Assembly (NCBI RefSeq): GCF_006345805.1
Contig: NC_043013.1
Span: 10,044,001-10,108,000, forward strand
Reading direction: 5' to 3'
Length of the DNA stretch: 64,000 nt
From: Octopus sinensis
Taxonomy: Eukaryota
The stretch's first letter is position 1. Every line of letters starts with the position of its first letter. A program made the position numbers and the translations under genes. Positions 25,946-40,395 of this stretch are shown piece by piece. The notes under the pieces are model-generated. The model ran no database searches, was not told the origin of the DNA, and worked only from the letters and a program-made list of their open reading frames with translations.

Positions 25946-26532
25946 TGCGGCTAGTGCTGGCAATGATGTTGAAGAAAAGAGCAGGATAAAGACGAGAAAA
26001 TATGCGACATAGAAAGCAAGCCATGCATATCAATGATCGATACACAAACGGAACGAATATTATTAAAAAGATATTAATGGAGTTCGCAGAGTGACGTTAA
26101 ATATCGGCAGAGACATTTTGTTGATGTTGTTCTTTTATTTATTCTTTTTCTATCTTTACTTCTATCAATTTTTCCGCTGCGGCCAGCTGGAGCATTGCCC
26201 GTAAGGGTAATGTTTATTTATCTATTTTAGTCAGTCATATCAATCACTGTACTTTCTTCGATCCGGTATTCATCTTTACTAATTATTGAATCCCTCTGTA
26301 GGTATTTTCACACACACACACACACACGCATACACACACACAACCACGCACACACGCACATTTACACGCACACACACGCGCGCGCGCACACACGCACACA
26401 TAGATATATATCTATATATAAACACATATCAAAGAGTTTTCCATTCTTTCCGAGCTTCAAATTAATACTTGTTCCCTCGCCTGTCTTCGTATTTTCTTTT
26501 CTGTAAGTTTGAACTCTCTCTCTCTCTCTGTC

Positions 26533-26568
<36 letters not shown>

Positions 26569-26861
26569 CATATATACATACATAAAACTTGGATAACTTA
26601 GATATGTTTCGACCAAAGATTGGTCCAGGCCATGTCTAATTTAATAGCACCACCTGATAGGATTAGCTAAATCTTTTAAAAGTCAAGTATTGTGGTATCA
26701 TGGTCCATTCGAGTAGGGAGTTCTTCTTGAGTAAGTTGTATTCAGGTATAGGTGGCTTATCTGGTATTCCTTGAAGAAATTAGCCCAGATTCCGTTTAAA
26801 GGTGATGGGATGCTTTTCCTCTTAGATCTGTTTCGGGTCAATGTTCAATAAAGTGAAGAAT

Positions 26862-27082
26862 GCTACTGCTATTTAGCCCCGAGAAACAGCGATTTAATAC
26901 CGACAGTTAGCAAGGCCAAGCTACTCTAGACTGAAGAAGGTCAACTACTCTGAAACTAGCGTCTGTGTGCTATCTTTGTTGGATGGAATTACTTATCTCC
27001 CCTGTTTGAAACTTAAGGACACAGAACGTTTGTATCACGTAGCCAACAAGAAACGGTGTTTCTTGGAGTTAAATTGCAGCAC
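26862..27082. repeat. small element with ~30-bp inverted ends and a central decayed hammerhead-like motif
   Basis: tgctatttagccccgagaaacagcgattt versus the reverse complement of agaaacggtgtttcttggagttaaattgca; aga-CTGAAGA-agg..tct-GAAAC-tagc at about 26928-26964. Confidence 0.35.
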
Positions 27083-27167
27083 CATCTTCCATTTCCTGAG
27101 ACTACTACATTAAGTTGGCAATAAACCATCAATTTATCGTGCAGCTACTGCATAACTCTCTCTTTAT

Positions 27168-27202
<35 letters not shown>

Positions 27203-28443
27203 TAAATAAATGACAAAGGAACGGGAACTACGTAAACAACGTCTTTAGTTTACAGCTGTTTGTGCAATAAGATGCACTGCACTCTGAGCTGAGTGTTTGC
27301 GCATCGCCTTATAACTTCCTCGGAGCTCTCACTTCCTTCACTTCAATAAGACTGAAGGGAAGCTTTTTAAACTGACGATAGACATAACGTTCCAATCCAC
27401 TCACTAAAGAACGTACACAATTTACGCAAAAAGATTTAGTCTACATCATTAAATGCATACAAAATCGCAGGTGTTATTTCAGTTTTCTTTCTCATAGAGG
27501 GATGTCTAAACAAAGAGCAGTTGCTTCTTATTCCGAGCTCCAAGCTGCCCATTGATTCTATGAAGCTCAGCCACTCTTTGGCAAATAAATATACTTCAAT
27601 TCATGTAGCCCAAATCTGTTGTACTCTAAGGAGTACCAGCCAGATTCTAGTGCAGTCTGCTGTCGCTCAATCGCCCTCTTATTTACTTTATGTATCGCTT
27701 TCTCCATCCCATTCTGCCACTGTCTCTCTTTCACACGTTCTCTCTATTTTTACCATCTTTCCGTCTGAGATATCCTGAATATTTGCGGGCTGGAGATTGA
27801 GATGACCGACCACATTATGGTAATCCCCTTCACTGACTCGTCTTAAAAGGTATTTACAGCTAAGAAGAGACCGACCTGATCAGTTTCTATTCAATGATAC
27901 AATGCAGCATGGCTTCTGGTTGTTGCTGAGATTCACCTCAATACATGTCCTGCTAGTGCAACCTTTAGTAAAAGACGCTCCAAGCATGAACATCTTCCTT
28001 TTGTTTTGACATAATGCATTTAAATGTACCTCGCATTATGTCTTTCATAGTAGCTTCAAGACTGTAGTTAACGGTTTGAAGGTTATTTGGTTGCTATTTC
28101 TAACGATGCATCACGGTTTTTTGTTACTTTGCTTTAACTTCGCAACCTATCTTTTTAGTGTAAACCTAAAATGAAAACGCTCCAGTCGTGACTATTCCAT
28201 TTTCTTTTTAGTCATAGTGTATTTAGAATTACAGCATATATTGCATTTTCCATTGTAGTTTACAATTTGAGGGGGATTTGGTAGCTATTTCTAATGACTA
28301 TGCAAAATATTTCTCTCGTTGGTTCGACATGGCTAGTTGCCCAATGTCGTATCGACGCAGCCATGTATCTGCTGCGTTATCATGAACCAATATACCTGTA
28401 TTTACTTTCGACAGCTTCCGAAGATAATATCATACTGATCAAA

Positions 28444-28478
28444 TGTGTTCAGTGAACATAAAATGTTCACTGAACACA
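28444..28478. repeat. perfect 16-bp inverted repeat with 3-nt loop
   Basis: tgtgttcagtgaacat-aaa-atgttcactgaacaca. Confidence 0.9.
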
Positions 28479-29558
28479 GCTGCCTTGTTAGCATCCAGAT
28501 ATACTTCCAGTATCGATTAGACGAGCTCTAAGCTGGTCTTATTATCAACCCAACCTACCGCTGCTTCTTATTGCGTGTGAATCATCAAATGCAAAGCTCA
28601 AACGGAAAGATTAAACAGAAATCTTTCTCTATCTTGTTCTTTCCGAAGCTCTGCCAGTGAGATTACCCATGTCAATGCATACGTTTTGCATGCATGTTTT
28701 CTAATCATCGATTTGTCAGCACTCACTGGATACCACTACTGGAGTTACTAACCGAAGCAGTAGTTATGTTTGTGAGGTTGGTTGATTACTGCACTGTTAA
28801 TAACTACAGCAATTGAATAAGGCACATAACTCTATGTTCGCATCAGTCTTCTCGGATGGAAAACAAAGTTGTTTTATTATTACGGAGTTACTTGAGTGTA
28901 GTTTGCAGCAGAAAAGCAATTCATTTGTGAAACGTAATGGTCTCTAACAATATGCAAATTTACAACTGCTACCAAAACAAACAAAGAAACAAATATAAAA
29001 AGAAATATATAAATGCAAATCGAAATCAACATGGAAAACTGGATTTAAATCGAGCCAATAATGGATTCCCAACATGGAGGCTCGACCTCTTAAAAATAGC
29101 AGCCACTCACTCCTTCCTCAGAGCATACTTATGGTCTTTAAAGCAAGAAAGACTGGCCACATTACATAATGTTGTTCTGGATACTGTCAACATGACCGAC
29201 TGTATGTATCATGGCAGTATTTCCAATAATCATTGTTTAGTTTTATTAAGCGTAACTTGGAGCTTGCTTATCCTCAGCTACAATATCCAAATGCTGTAGT
29301 ATTTGGATAATGTAGTTATAGATATACACAAAAAAATGGAGTGGTCACAACTGGAACGGCTTTGATCATAGACCTATCCTTTTCAGTATTGAATCAGTGC
29401 TTCACAAGAACAATAGCAAACCTGATCACAACTACTACCAACAACAATAGTAACATTACATTTACGAGCGGTAGACCGATACCACAACCAATACCCGAAA
29501 TGTCTTTTTCTACATTTCTGATATTAGCTGGAAAAAAAATTGTGGTTGTTAGCGACGA

Positions 29559-29861
29559 GTGGTGGCACATGGCCTAGTGGTTAGAGCAGCGGACTCACGG
29601 TCGAGGGATGGCGGTTTCGAGTCTCAGACCAGGCGATGTGTGTGTTTATGAGCGAAACACCTAAGCTCCACGCGGCTCCGACAGAAGGTAATGGCGAACA
29701 TCTGCTGACTCTTTCGTCACAATTTTCTCTCACTCTTTCCTCCTGCATCTTGCAGCTCACCTGTGACGGACCGGCGTTCCGTCCAGGTGGGTAACCTATA
29801 CGCCAAAGAAACCGGGAAAGCGGCCCTTGTGAGCCAGGCATGGCTCGAGAAGGAACAAACA
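29559..29861 (+). mobile_element. tRNA-derived SINE family C, full length with TSD
   Basis: A box tggcctagtgg, B box gtttcgagtct; 11-bp TSD gttagcgaYga at 29548-29558 and 29862-29872. Confidence 0.88.
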
Positions 29862-31849
29862 GTTAGCGATGAAATATAGGTAGATAACTCACCGATGAAG
29901 ATATCTCAGCTACTCCTGACGGAAATTATGTAACACCAATATGCAAATGCTCTATAACAATAATATTAGGGTGAAACTGTTTTGAAAATATTAGATAGAA
30001 AATAAGGTGAGAAATTTTCTCATACATACAAGGGGTAGATGGATTTGTTGCGGGTTAGGATCAAGAGAATGCTCATTACACGACGCCGACTGTTAAAGCG
30101 ATCCTCAATGTCACAGTCCAGGCAAGAGCACTCACCTCAGAATCAGAGAGAATGTTAGACACTGATATTTCGCCATTATTGTGGCTTATCGCTAATAAGT
30201 AATCAGTATATTTGTTTGCATATGTTTCACACTGTTTGACGAAGTCATAGCGTCATAGTAAATTTTATAAATTTGAAATTTTACACTCGCCTCTCCTCAA
30301 CCGCCAGCTCTACATGAACTCGTAAAAATTGCTTTTAGGAAATTTGACGCTTTAAATATTTTCTTTTTTTTCTTCTCTATCAGCGAAGGCGCTCGAATTA
30401 TTTAAAATGGCACAAGGTTCTGTGTGTCAAACATAAAGGTAGATGAAATTGCTAGTCTGTAAGATCGGTAGTGAATAATTAAAGAAGAAAAAGGAAGAAA
30501 AAAAAAGGAGAAAAGTTGTAAAACAAATATAATTTTTCTTATAAAGGAAAATAACGCAAAGGTAGTTTCTAACGAAACTTGTGTACCACTTTATAGTTTG
30601 CATTTTTTGTATCGAATTTACCAGAACTTCAAACTGTCAAATGTCTGAGGAGTCGGATTTGGAGTGAGGTGGTCCTGTGTTCGATTCCACTGCGAGATGT
30701 CTTTGATAAGTGCTTTTCAAGTTGGAAATATGTCGGAAGGCTCCAAAATGTATCCATGTGCGTGATTGACATTTGCTTCGTAGAATCAGTCAACCAGTCG
30801 CACAAAACATCTGTCCGGGTAGGAAGTCCTGTGTATTTCGCCTGTCTCTCCCTTTAAACGTAAACTCAAAAATAAGGGTAGTTACACTGGCGATGCTCCA
30901 GCATGGCCGCAACCATGGGGGTGAAACGCGTAAAAGAATCAACGAATAAATGATACACGCGCACACACACATCTGTCATATTTATACATCTCTCTCTCTC
31001 TCTCTCACGTATTCGCACGTATTTATACATGTGTGTGTATGTATGTATGTATGTATGTATGTATGTATGTATGTGTGTATGTATGTATGTATGTATGTAT
31101 GCATGTATGTATGTACGCATGTATGTATGTATGTATGTATGTATGTATGTATGTATCTATCTATCTATCTATCTATCTAAACACATTTACGACTACGGAC
31201 CCCAATACGAGATCAATGCTTCATTCAAGAATTATCGAAAAAAAGAATTTATATATATATATATAATATATATATATATAAATAAATATATATAGATATA
31301 TAATAATATATATATTTATAATATATATATGAACAGAAAAAACATCACGTATCAAATTAATAATAAACAACAACAGCAAAACGAACAACCCCCACCCACC
31401 AAAAACAAAATAGATAAAGGTGTAGGCTGGACGTTGCAAATATCTAGGCTCCGAACAATGAATGACACAAGATGTAAACGTCCCGCGGATATATTGCGGG
31501 TGGCGAGGTCATAGGAAATAAAACCTCATCTGTGAGCGAGGTGTCCTCGTAAAACATTATATCCTTTCTGTTCACATTTAATTACTGAGAAGCAGGTGTT
31601 TCCAACTGAAAACAGCATTTGTGTTATGTGGTATTGTAAGCCACCAATCGTTCAGTGGACATTGTCTCAAATACTTACAAGATAACTAATCCTGAAGCAA
31701 AGAGCAGCATAGCAAAAGCGAAGACTTTGATAGTTTCGGCTTCGTTCCTTTATTTGATTATATTTTACGATGGCACATTTACCTAGCGAATTCGGACGCT
31801 TGAACGAATCGTTCATATTCTTATATTCAGCCTATCTCTACGGCTGTCA

Positions 31850-31852
<3 letters not shown>

Positions 31853-31882
<30 letters not shown>

Positions 31883-32590
31883 TGTATGTATGTATGTATG
31901 TATGTATGTATGTATGTATGTATGTTTGTATGCATGCATGTATGTATGTATGTATATATGTGTGTATGTATGTATGTATGTATGTATGTATGTATGTATG
32001 TATGTATGTATATATGTATGTATATATGTATGTATGTATACATGTATGCATGTATGTATGTATGTATGTATGTATGCTTGTATGCATGTATGTATGTGTG
32101 TAAATATGTATGTATATATGTATGTATGTATGTATGTATACATGTATGTATGTATATATATATATGTATGTATGCATGTATATATGTATGTATATATCTA
32201 TGTATGTATGCATATATGTATGTATATATGTATGCATGTATGTATGTATGTATGTATATATGTATGTATGTATGTATGTATATATGTATGTATATATATG
32301 TATATATGTATGTATGTATGTATGTATGCATGTATGCATGTATGTATGTAAGTATGTATATATGTATGTATGTATGTATGTATGCTTGTATGCATGTATG
32401 TATGTGTGTATATATGTATGTATATATGTATGTATGTATGTATGTATACATGTATGTATGTATATATATATATGTATGTATGCATGTATATATGTATGTA
32501 TATATCTATGTATGTATGCATATATGTATGTATATATGTATGCATGTATGTATGTATGTATGTATGTATATATGTATGTATATATATATG

Positions 32591-32624
<34 letters not shown>

Positions 32625-32670
32625 TGTATGTATGTATGCTTGTATTTATGTATGTATTATGTATGTAAAT
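31853..32670. repeat. long (TATG)n microsatellite with a 308-bp higher-order duplication
   Basis: Variants gctt at 32076/32384 and the C of tatcta at 32198/32506 recur at 308-bp spacing. Confidence 0.92.
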
Positions 32671-32977
32671 ACGTACGTATGTTTGTATACATACATGCAT
32701 ATAAGTATGCGTCTATGTGTATGTGCCGTGTGTGTATGTGCGTGTGTGTGTTTGTGTGTGTGTGTGTGTGTGGCGGGGTCGTTTCCGTTTGAATATGCGG
32801 TGTGTTTTTGTTTGGCCCATAGCAACCGTGCTGCGACACAGTTTGAGGTAATTTTTATAGTCGCTAACCTGGTGTTAGCTTAAAATTTTTATGAAGGATT
32901 CCAACGCAAGAATGGGTGTGCATGAGTGTGCGTGTATTGAAACTGTATACACAGATAATATGTATATATATAATATA

Positions 32978-33012
<35 letters not shown>

Positions 33013-33184
33013 GTGTGTTATGTTTATATATATATATATATATATATATACGTGTATATATACCTATCTAAATGTATATATTTAAACATATATATATATA
33101 TATATCTATATATATATAAATATACATACATACATAAATGAACTTTTTTTCTTGTTACCTTCTAGTATATACACGCATAAAAAG

Positions 33185-33330
33185 AGGTAAAGACCCTCTT
33201 CTGTTATGAATGACCATAGGATTGCACCTAGAAAGTTATCCTCCGAGGCACAAGTCTGGGCAAGATTGTTTATGGAAGACCAGCAGTAGCCCAGGCATAC
33301 TAGACTTCAGCTTGCCATGTCACCGATGTG
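33185..33330. mobile_element. interspersed repeat fragment (probable SINE 3' part)
   Basis: atgaatgaccat..cctagaaagtt..tcaccgatgt; diverged copy near 11385-11530. Confidence 0.45.
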
Positions 33331-34511
33331 ATATTGAAATACGAAAAATTAGACATGATATGTATTCACATTTCCCCTTTTAAATACGTAGGCACCTGTG
33401 TGTGTGTGTGTGTGTATGTGAATGAATGTCAGTGTCCGTGTGTCTTGGTCTCTACATCATTTGTAGCGTAAACCATTTACATTGCCAGCCCATCCAGCTC
33501 AGATTCTTCATTCTCGTTTACTAGTCATTACACACACACACAAACACACACACACACACGCACTCACTTATACACACATAAGCACACATCCATATATACA
33601 CACACGAACGCGCGCACGCACACACATGCATACACAACACACATGCATACACAACACACAGCCATCTTTGTATTATACTTAATATATATACACCGTTGAG
33701 AGGCTATTTACTGCGGTATTGTTCCTGAGATAACGCCTCGTTTGGACACGCTGTTTAGACAATACAATAAATATTAGAAAGAGAGAAAAATTCGTCCCCA
33801 AAGCATTCAGTGAGAAAATCAGGAGCATTTGGGCTTTTAGGGGGGCTTCTTAATAGCACCAGTCACATTCTTGTAGGAGATATTGTCACCTCTGATATAA
33901 GAAAAAAGAATAAACCATTTGATTCAACCGGCCGGCTGTTTGTGTAAGTGACTAGCTCACTATATATATATATATTTTTTTTATCAGAGGCGATCAATTC
34001 TTCTCTGAGTATGAGTCTTGTAGCAAATACGCGCATGTTTTAGGTCGTTGGTGGTATTGCTTAACTCTAGATTGACTCTGACTGAGCAGGTCGATGACCA
34101 GTTGCAATCAAGTCATGAACATCCAGTGTATCCTGGAATACATTATTCGATATAATTTTCTAATTTTTTAGACGGCAGTGTAATTTGAGGAAAATTTAAC
34201 TGCTCTTTCTAGCTCGTCATTGACGAATCCTGTGGGAGGTTCTTTAATTATATAGCTGCCTCACTGGTTTCTGTTTTGTTATTGATTCTTGAAGAGGAAA
34301 AATTAAGTTTTTATGCGAAAATAACGTTAGCTGAAAGTTAATTGTCTATAAAGGTAGAACAGATTCTGTTCGTTGTAAGTTGACATTGTAGAAAGCTAAA
34401 AAGAAAAACAGAAAAATGCTTCTGTAATTTAATGAATACATAAATAATACGGACGCGGCGAAAGAACATTTGTTATTTGGTAACAAAAAAATAGAAAAGT
34501 ACCTACAGTCA

Positions 34512-34542
34512 ACCGGAAGTGTGAGTGTATAGCGCCATCTTT
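34512..34542. promoter_or_regulatory. adjacent ETS and YY1/CTCF-like motifs, candidate promoter or insulator
   Basis: ACCGGAAGTG (34512-34521) and GCGCCATCTTT (34532-34542) in apparently unique sequence. Confidence 0.3.
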
Positions 34543-34797
34543 TGTACATACTGACACGGTTTGTGATTTTTAGCAACGAATATGTGTGACTGCGAAGGCG
34601 GCAAGCTAGCTAAATCGTTACCACGCCGGGCACACACACACGAATTTCAGATTTTATGCCTATAGAACGGATTTTGTCGACGGATCTTGCTAATATTAGT
34701 ATGGGCGCATACACTGTAACAAAACATCGCTACATCATATCGGGTCTTTTCTGTGACATATCGATCTTCGCACGACACTAGCAAATATAATGTTTAA

Positions 34798-35284
34798 TCT
34801 ATACATATAAAGCTGAAGTTGTCTGTGGTGTGTGTGTGTGTGTGTGTGGTGTGTGTGTGTGTGTGTGTGTGTGCGTGTGTGGCAGGTTTGGTAGCCTTCA
34901 ACTAACACTATCTCCTCCGAGACCCTACGGCGCAAGTTGGCCAAAATTGGCAGTATGATAGAAGAAGGCTTGCTCTTCCTTCCGTAGAAGAAAAGATCCA
35001 ACTCGGACCATGTTGAGACCAAAAATTATTTACATCAAAAAGGTGCTTTTTTTCTATGAAAATCCCTAATTTTTACGATTTTATGACTGCTGTGTCGCCA
35101 TATTTCGGTGTATTTCAACCAGAAAATTGTTCACTTAAAGAGAATAACAAGCTACATAATGCAAAATTTTTACTTTTCAAAAAAGATTGAAAATATGTCA
35201 AAACTTTGTTAACGCGACATCAAAGTCTGCCGTTTTAAGCGCAACTAAAAAACAAACCCGAGCAACGCCGGGCTATACTGCTAG
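34798..35284 (+). mobile_element. non-autonomous Helitron
   Basis: A|TC start, hairpin cccgagcaacgccggg, CTAG|T end, no TSD. Confidence 0.8.
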
Positions 35285-35647
35285 TCACATATAAATGTGG
35301 TAAAGAGCACCGTTACCAAACTGAACAAACACATTTATGGATATATTTACACACAGGATTCCCCCCGCCTCAAAAAATGTGAGAGGTTATAATAAAAATA
35401 ACGCGGTTGATACCGAAGATATTCAAAGAAATATTGAACATTTACGGATTAGAGAAGCTATCCTGATCTTTCTTTTCAAATATCTTAATCATTCTACTTG
35501 CTCCAGCAAGTAGAATTGAACATTAGCAGTTGAAGGAAATCTGTTATTTTTATCTATGAAGGACAAGATAGTTGGTCAATTATGTAATTGACTGAGGAAT
35601 TTTTATTCCGAAATATTGAAATACTAATTAAAAAGAAATATAACTTA

Positions 35648-36000
35648 GCCAAGTGTCTTCTGCTACAATTTTGGGTTCAACAAAGATTTGTGAGTGGAAT
35701 TGGTAGACGGGAACTGAAATAAAGATATCATATGTAAATATATATATATATATTTATATATGTGTGTGTATATATATATATATATATATAAATGCGTGTA
35801 ATATATATGTGTGTGTGTGTCTTTGTGCTTGTGTTTGTCCCATACCACCGCTTGACAAGAGGTGATGGTTTGTTTACGACCGTAACTTAGCGGATTGGGA
35901 AAATAGCCAGTAAAATATGCATCAGACAAACATTAAGGCGTTGATGTTTTTCTACTCTGCAAAGTAGTGTTCCAGCATGGTCGTGGTCTAATGATTGAAT
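35648..36000 (+). mobile_element. SINE family A, diverged and 5'-truncated
   Basis: caagtgtcttc..tgtgagtggaattggtagacgg..cgtaacttagcgg..ccagcatgg. Confidence 0.7.
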
Positions 36001-36254
36001 ATGTTAAAGAACAAAACAAACACGCACACATTTTATAAAAATATATAATACTAGTGATATAGACAGATAATAACAAAAAATAATGTCGCTTAAATTGTGT
36101 TTATAGTTTTGCATATTAATTTTATATGTATCGATAAATAATCGGATAACATGGCTTATAAAATTGCTGAACTTTCGTAAAAAAACTCCCTTCGCGATTG
36201 AATTAGTTTCAATGAAACTACTAGAAAAAAAGAACTGTGAAAATATTCCTTTAC

Positions 36255-36342
36255 ACACAAACACGCACGCTCACACACATGCATATAATATGTATACATA
36301 CATACATGCATACATACATACATACATACACACAGACACATT

Positions 36343-36374
<32 letters not shown>

Positions 36375-36379
36375 TACAT

Positions 36380-36463
<84 letters not shown>

Positions 36464-36553
36464 CATATATATAATCATATATACATCCCTAAATTTAAAT
36501 GTATGAATCTATCTACCTGTCTATGCGTACATACAGATAAACATACATACATT

Positions 36554-36599
<46 letters not shown>

Positions 36600-36620
36600 T
36601 ATATATATGTGTGTGTGGTA

Positions 36621-36686
<66 letters not shown>

Positions 36687-37162
36687 ATAATACATATATA
36701 TGTATATATTATATATGCATATGTATGTATGTCTTTCAGTAAGTAGCTTTATTTTACACTGTGCTGGGAGAAATATTGAAAAGCATCAAATGAACTATTA
36801 TAGTTGTTTATTTACGCTTATATTGGTAAAGTTATTTTGATAAACGCCATTATAGAATGCGACAGCTTAGACACTTATTTGGTTGTTTCAGTTAAACTAA
36901 CGGTAATAATGTTATGGAACTCTCTTCTTTTAAAGGAAAAAAAAGAGAGCAAAAACAGCAAAAAAAAAACGAAAAAGAAATGCAAATAAGCATAATTTTT
37001 TTTTTAATGACATCCATATTCTGATTAAATTTTAGTAAAAATACAGAATAGGGAAAAATATGTGTGGGAGATTTTCAGTAAACTGTCGCATCCGATATCC
37101 GATGTGGCAAAAAATATGTGACCCTTTATTCTCTTTTAAAATTGTTAATTGTATATATATAC

Positions 37163-37242
<80 letters not shown>

Positions 37243-37338
37243 TGCCCTCAGGAATAGAAATTTGTTGAGAATTATATTGGTTTTGCTTTCTCACCATTTC
37301 CTCTCGTTTTGTATCTTTCAGTTTATACGTATAGAATG

Positions 37339-37377
<39 letters not shown>

Positions 37378-38054
37378 TATAGATATAATACATACATACA
37401 TAATAATTATATATATTTAAATATATGCATATATATATACACACATATATATATATAAATATGAATATACATATTTATTCATACACACACAATCACACAC
37501 ATATATATATACATATATATAATTCAGTATGTTAGTTCTTATATGTGTAGGCGGTTATATATGCACATAATGTTTGGCGTAATTTTCATATCAGTAGCAA
37601 TTCAACCCTTTATGCTTGGATGCGATGTGGTGCCAAGCATAACCGAAAATAACATTGTTTGGTACACGAGTTCCCGTGGAACCTCGTACATTTTAAACAT
37701 TCCATGACACATTTACCATTATGAACAACTTACAAGACAATATACTGTCTGTTATAAACTGAATTTCAGTAATCGATAATCGATTTTGTTATTTCTTTTC
37801 TCAAAGAATTTTTAACAAAAGCGCTGAATATTTATCTCTACGCATCAACACCTCGGATTTATACCCGAAAACAGTAAAAATAAAAACAATACAAAAAACA
37901 AAAACAAAAAAAAACAAAGAAATTGATACAATGGCGTATTTATATGTTTATGTGTATATGTGTCTAAGCGCACGTATGTACTATTTATATACTTGCTTAT
38001 ATACTTATGGATATGCAAGTACATACATGTATGTGTGTATGTATATATATATAT

Positions 38055-38092
<38 letters not shown>

Positions 38093-38373
38093 TATATATG
38101 TATATATATATGCAAATACAGACACATATGCATATATGTACACATAGGCTTATATCTATCTACGTATGTATTTATGTAATCATTTTTGTGTATATATGGA
38201 TATACATGCATATGTATAAAGGTATGTATGCAATCAAACACTAACAATATATTTACACGCGCGCGTGTATGTATGTGTTTGTGTGCTTGTGTGTGTCTCT
38301 GCGAGTGGATGCCAATGTGTGTGTGTGTATGCATGTTTTATACGTATACATATATATATACATATATATATTA

Positions 38374-38415
<42 letters not shown>

Positions 38416-38423
38416 GTAATATA

Positions 38424-38461
<38 letters not shown>

Positions 38462-38489
38462 ATATATATATATGTATATGTATATGTGT

Positions 38490-38562
<73 letters not shown>

Positions 38563-39006
38563 ATATGTGTATAACTATGTTGTTTTTAATAATATTTTTT
38601 GATATACGTGTTTGCATGCACGTAGGATAACATCCCAATTGAGTCCATCGTAATGTTTTGAAAGCCAATTCTTTCTCGACAAACTACAAGAATACAAATT
38701 TCTATCAGATTTTTTTTTGCACATTGTTTCCGTTTACCGAAGCATGAGGATATATAAAGCATCATGACCTGTGTTATTATACGAAGTAATGGGGTATATA
38801 TTCTATAAAAATATATGTGCACAACGTTTCTTTATTTCATTTCGTTTATACTTTGTGATGGGTCATCTTATTTGGTTTATTAGATGTAACGTAATGTCTA
38901 TATGTGTGTACGCGTGTATGTATTTGTGAGGCATGCATGTGTGTGTACGATATATGTATCTATGTGCGTATATAGTTATATGTCTATCTTTATCTATCTA
39001 TCTATG

Positions 39007-39053
<47 letters not shown>

Positions 39054-39207
39054 ATGTGTGTGTGCGCGCGCGTATGTGTGTATGTATATGTATATCTTTA
39101 TATATATATATATATATATATATGCATATATATGTATGTATGTATGTATATGTATATATTTATATTTATATTTATATATATATGTATATATATATCTACC
39201 TCTGTGG

Positions 39208-39281
<74 letters not shown>

Positions 39282-39290
39282 GTGTGTGTA
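36255..39290. repeat. region dominated by (TA)n/(TG)n/(TACA)n microsatellite blocks
   Basis: Blocks at about 36255-36730, 37150-37520, 37950-38570 and 38900-39290, separated by AT-rich sequence. Confidence 0.85.
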
Positions 39291-39829
39291 TAGAAAAGAG
39301 CTATGATATATATCAGAATAATAATGAAACAGATATTGAAAAATAGAGTCAACAAGATTAGGGAGATTAAGGATTAATGGGTTCCAACTTTGGGCTAACA
39401 ATAACACTGTTAACAACTGCTCCAGTGTTTATATAGGTTAGGATTCTAGTGTTATAAATCATGTGACCACTGCAGGTCAAACCTATTGAATTTACCAGCA
39501 GTTACATCAGTATGGAAGGATCAAAGCAGACATAAGCATGTGTACATATATAATCCTTTTTTTTATGAAATATTCGGACTGGATTTCAAGACAAAAGAAA
39601 ACACAATCAGTAGACCTACATGTCTTTCATAAGGATCATCTGACGGCGAAGTCATCTATGGTCTATTCATTTTATTCATACTAAACATCCGAATTATTTC
39701 ACATGCTATCGGATTATAACGGGCTGATGGGTTAGTGTTATACACAAAAGTGATGCCCACACACTTGAAACCGTCAGGAATAAATTCCATGGAGTATTTT
39801 TTTTTAAATCGTATACGACAGTCATTACT

Positions 39830-39955
39830 AAAATTAATTTTACAGATGCATATCTGAACCTAGATTACAATGCTCACAAGCCATTTCGTAATGCTAATGA
39901 TACATTTAGGAACATTAAAAAACAGTCCTGTTACTCCTTACAGATTATCCAACAT
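39830..39955 (+). pseudogene. decayed Penelope-like RT fragment
   Basis: KINFTDAYLNLDYNAHKPFRNANDTFRNIKKQSCYSLQIIQH resembles the PLE motif VNFLDVTLNL..YKPYRKPND..YxxxxSNHPxxII. Confidence 0.45.
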
Positions 39956-40086
39956 ATGTTTGAGAACATTTAAATTTTTGTTTTCAAAAGGATTTTTCTC
40001 CTGGAAGGACTCGTCTTACAGATTGGCATTAACATATTAACGGCTTCAAAGATAAAAGTGGAACATAGGATCTTGCTTTAACCATT

Positions 40087-40395
40087 GTTGTTGTTGTTCC
40101 TTCTCGAGTCATTTCTAGCTCATAAGGGACCATTTCCTAGTTTCATAGGTGTATAGGTTCCCCATCTCGACAGGACGCCGGTCCGTCACCGGTGAGCTGC
40201 TAGATGCAGGAGGAAAGAGTGAGAGAAAGTTGTAGCGAAAGAGTCAGCAGAAGTTCGCCATTACCTTCTGTCGGAGCCGCGTGGAACTTTTAGATTTTTC
40301 GCACAAAAACACACACATCAACCAATCTGAGACTCGAACCCGCGATCCTTCGGCTGCGAGTCAGCTGCTCTAACCACTAGGCAATGTACCTCCAC
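40087..40395 (-). mobile_element. SINE family C, full length with TSD
   Basis: Reverse complement of 29559-29861; (AAC)n tail; 12-bp TSD gctttaacYatt. Confidence 0.88.

Noticed and set aside
29559-29635. tRNA gene-like A/B boxes (also 43141 and 52850)
   Set aside because: SINE heads: no convincing cloverleaf, and they continue into multicopy SINE bodies, with TSDs in family C
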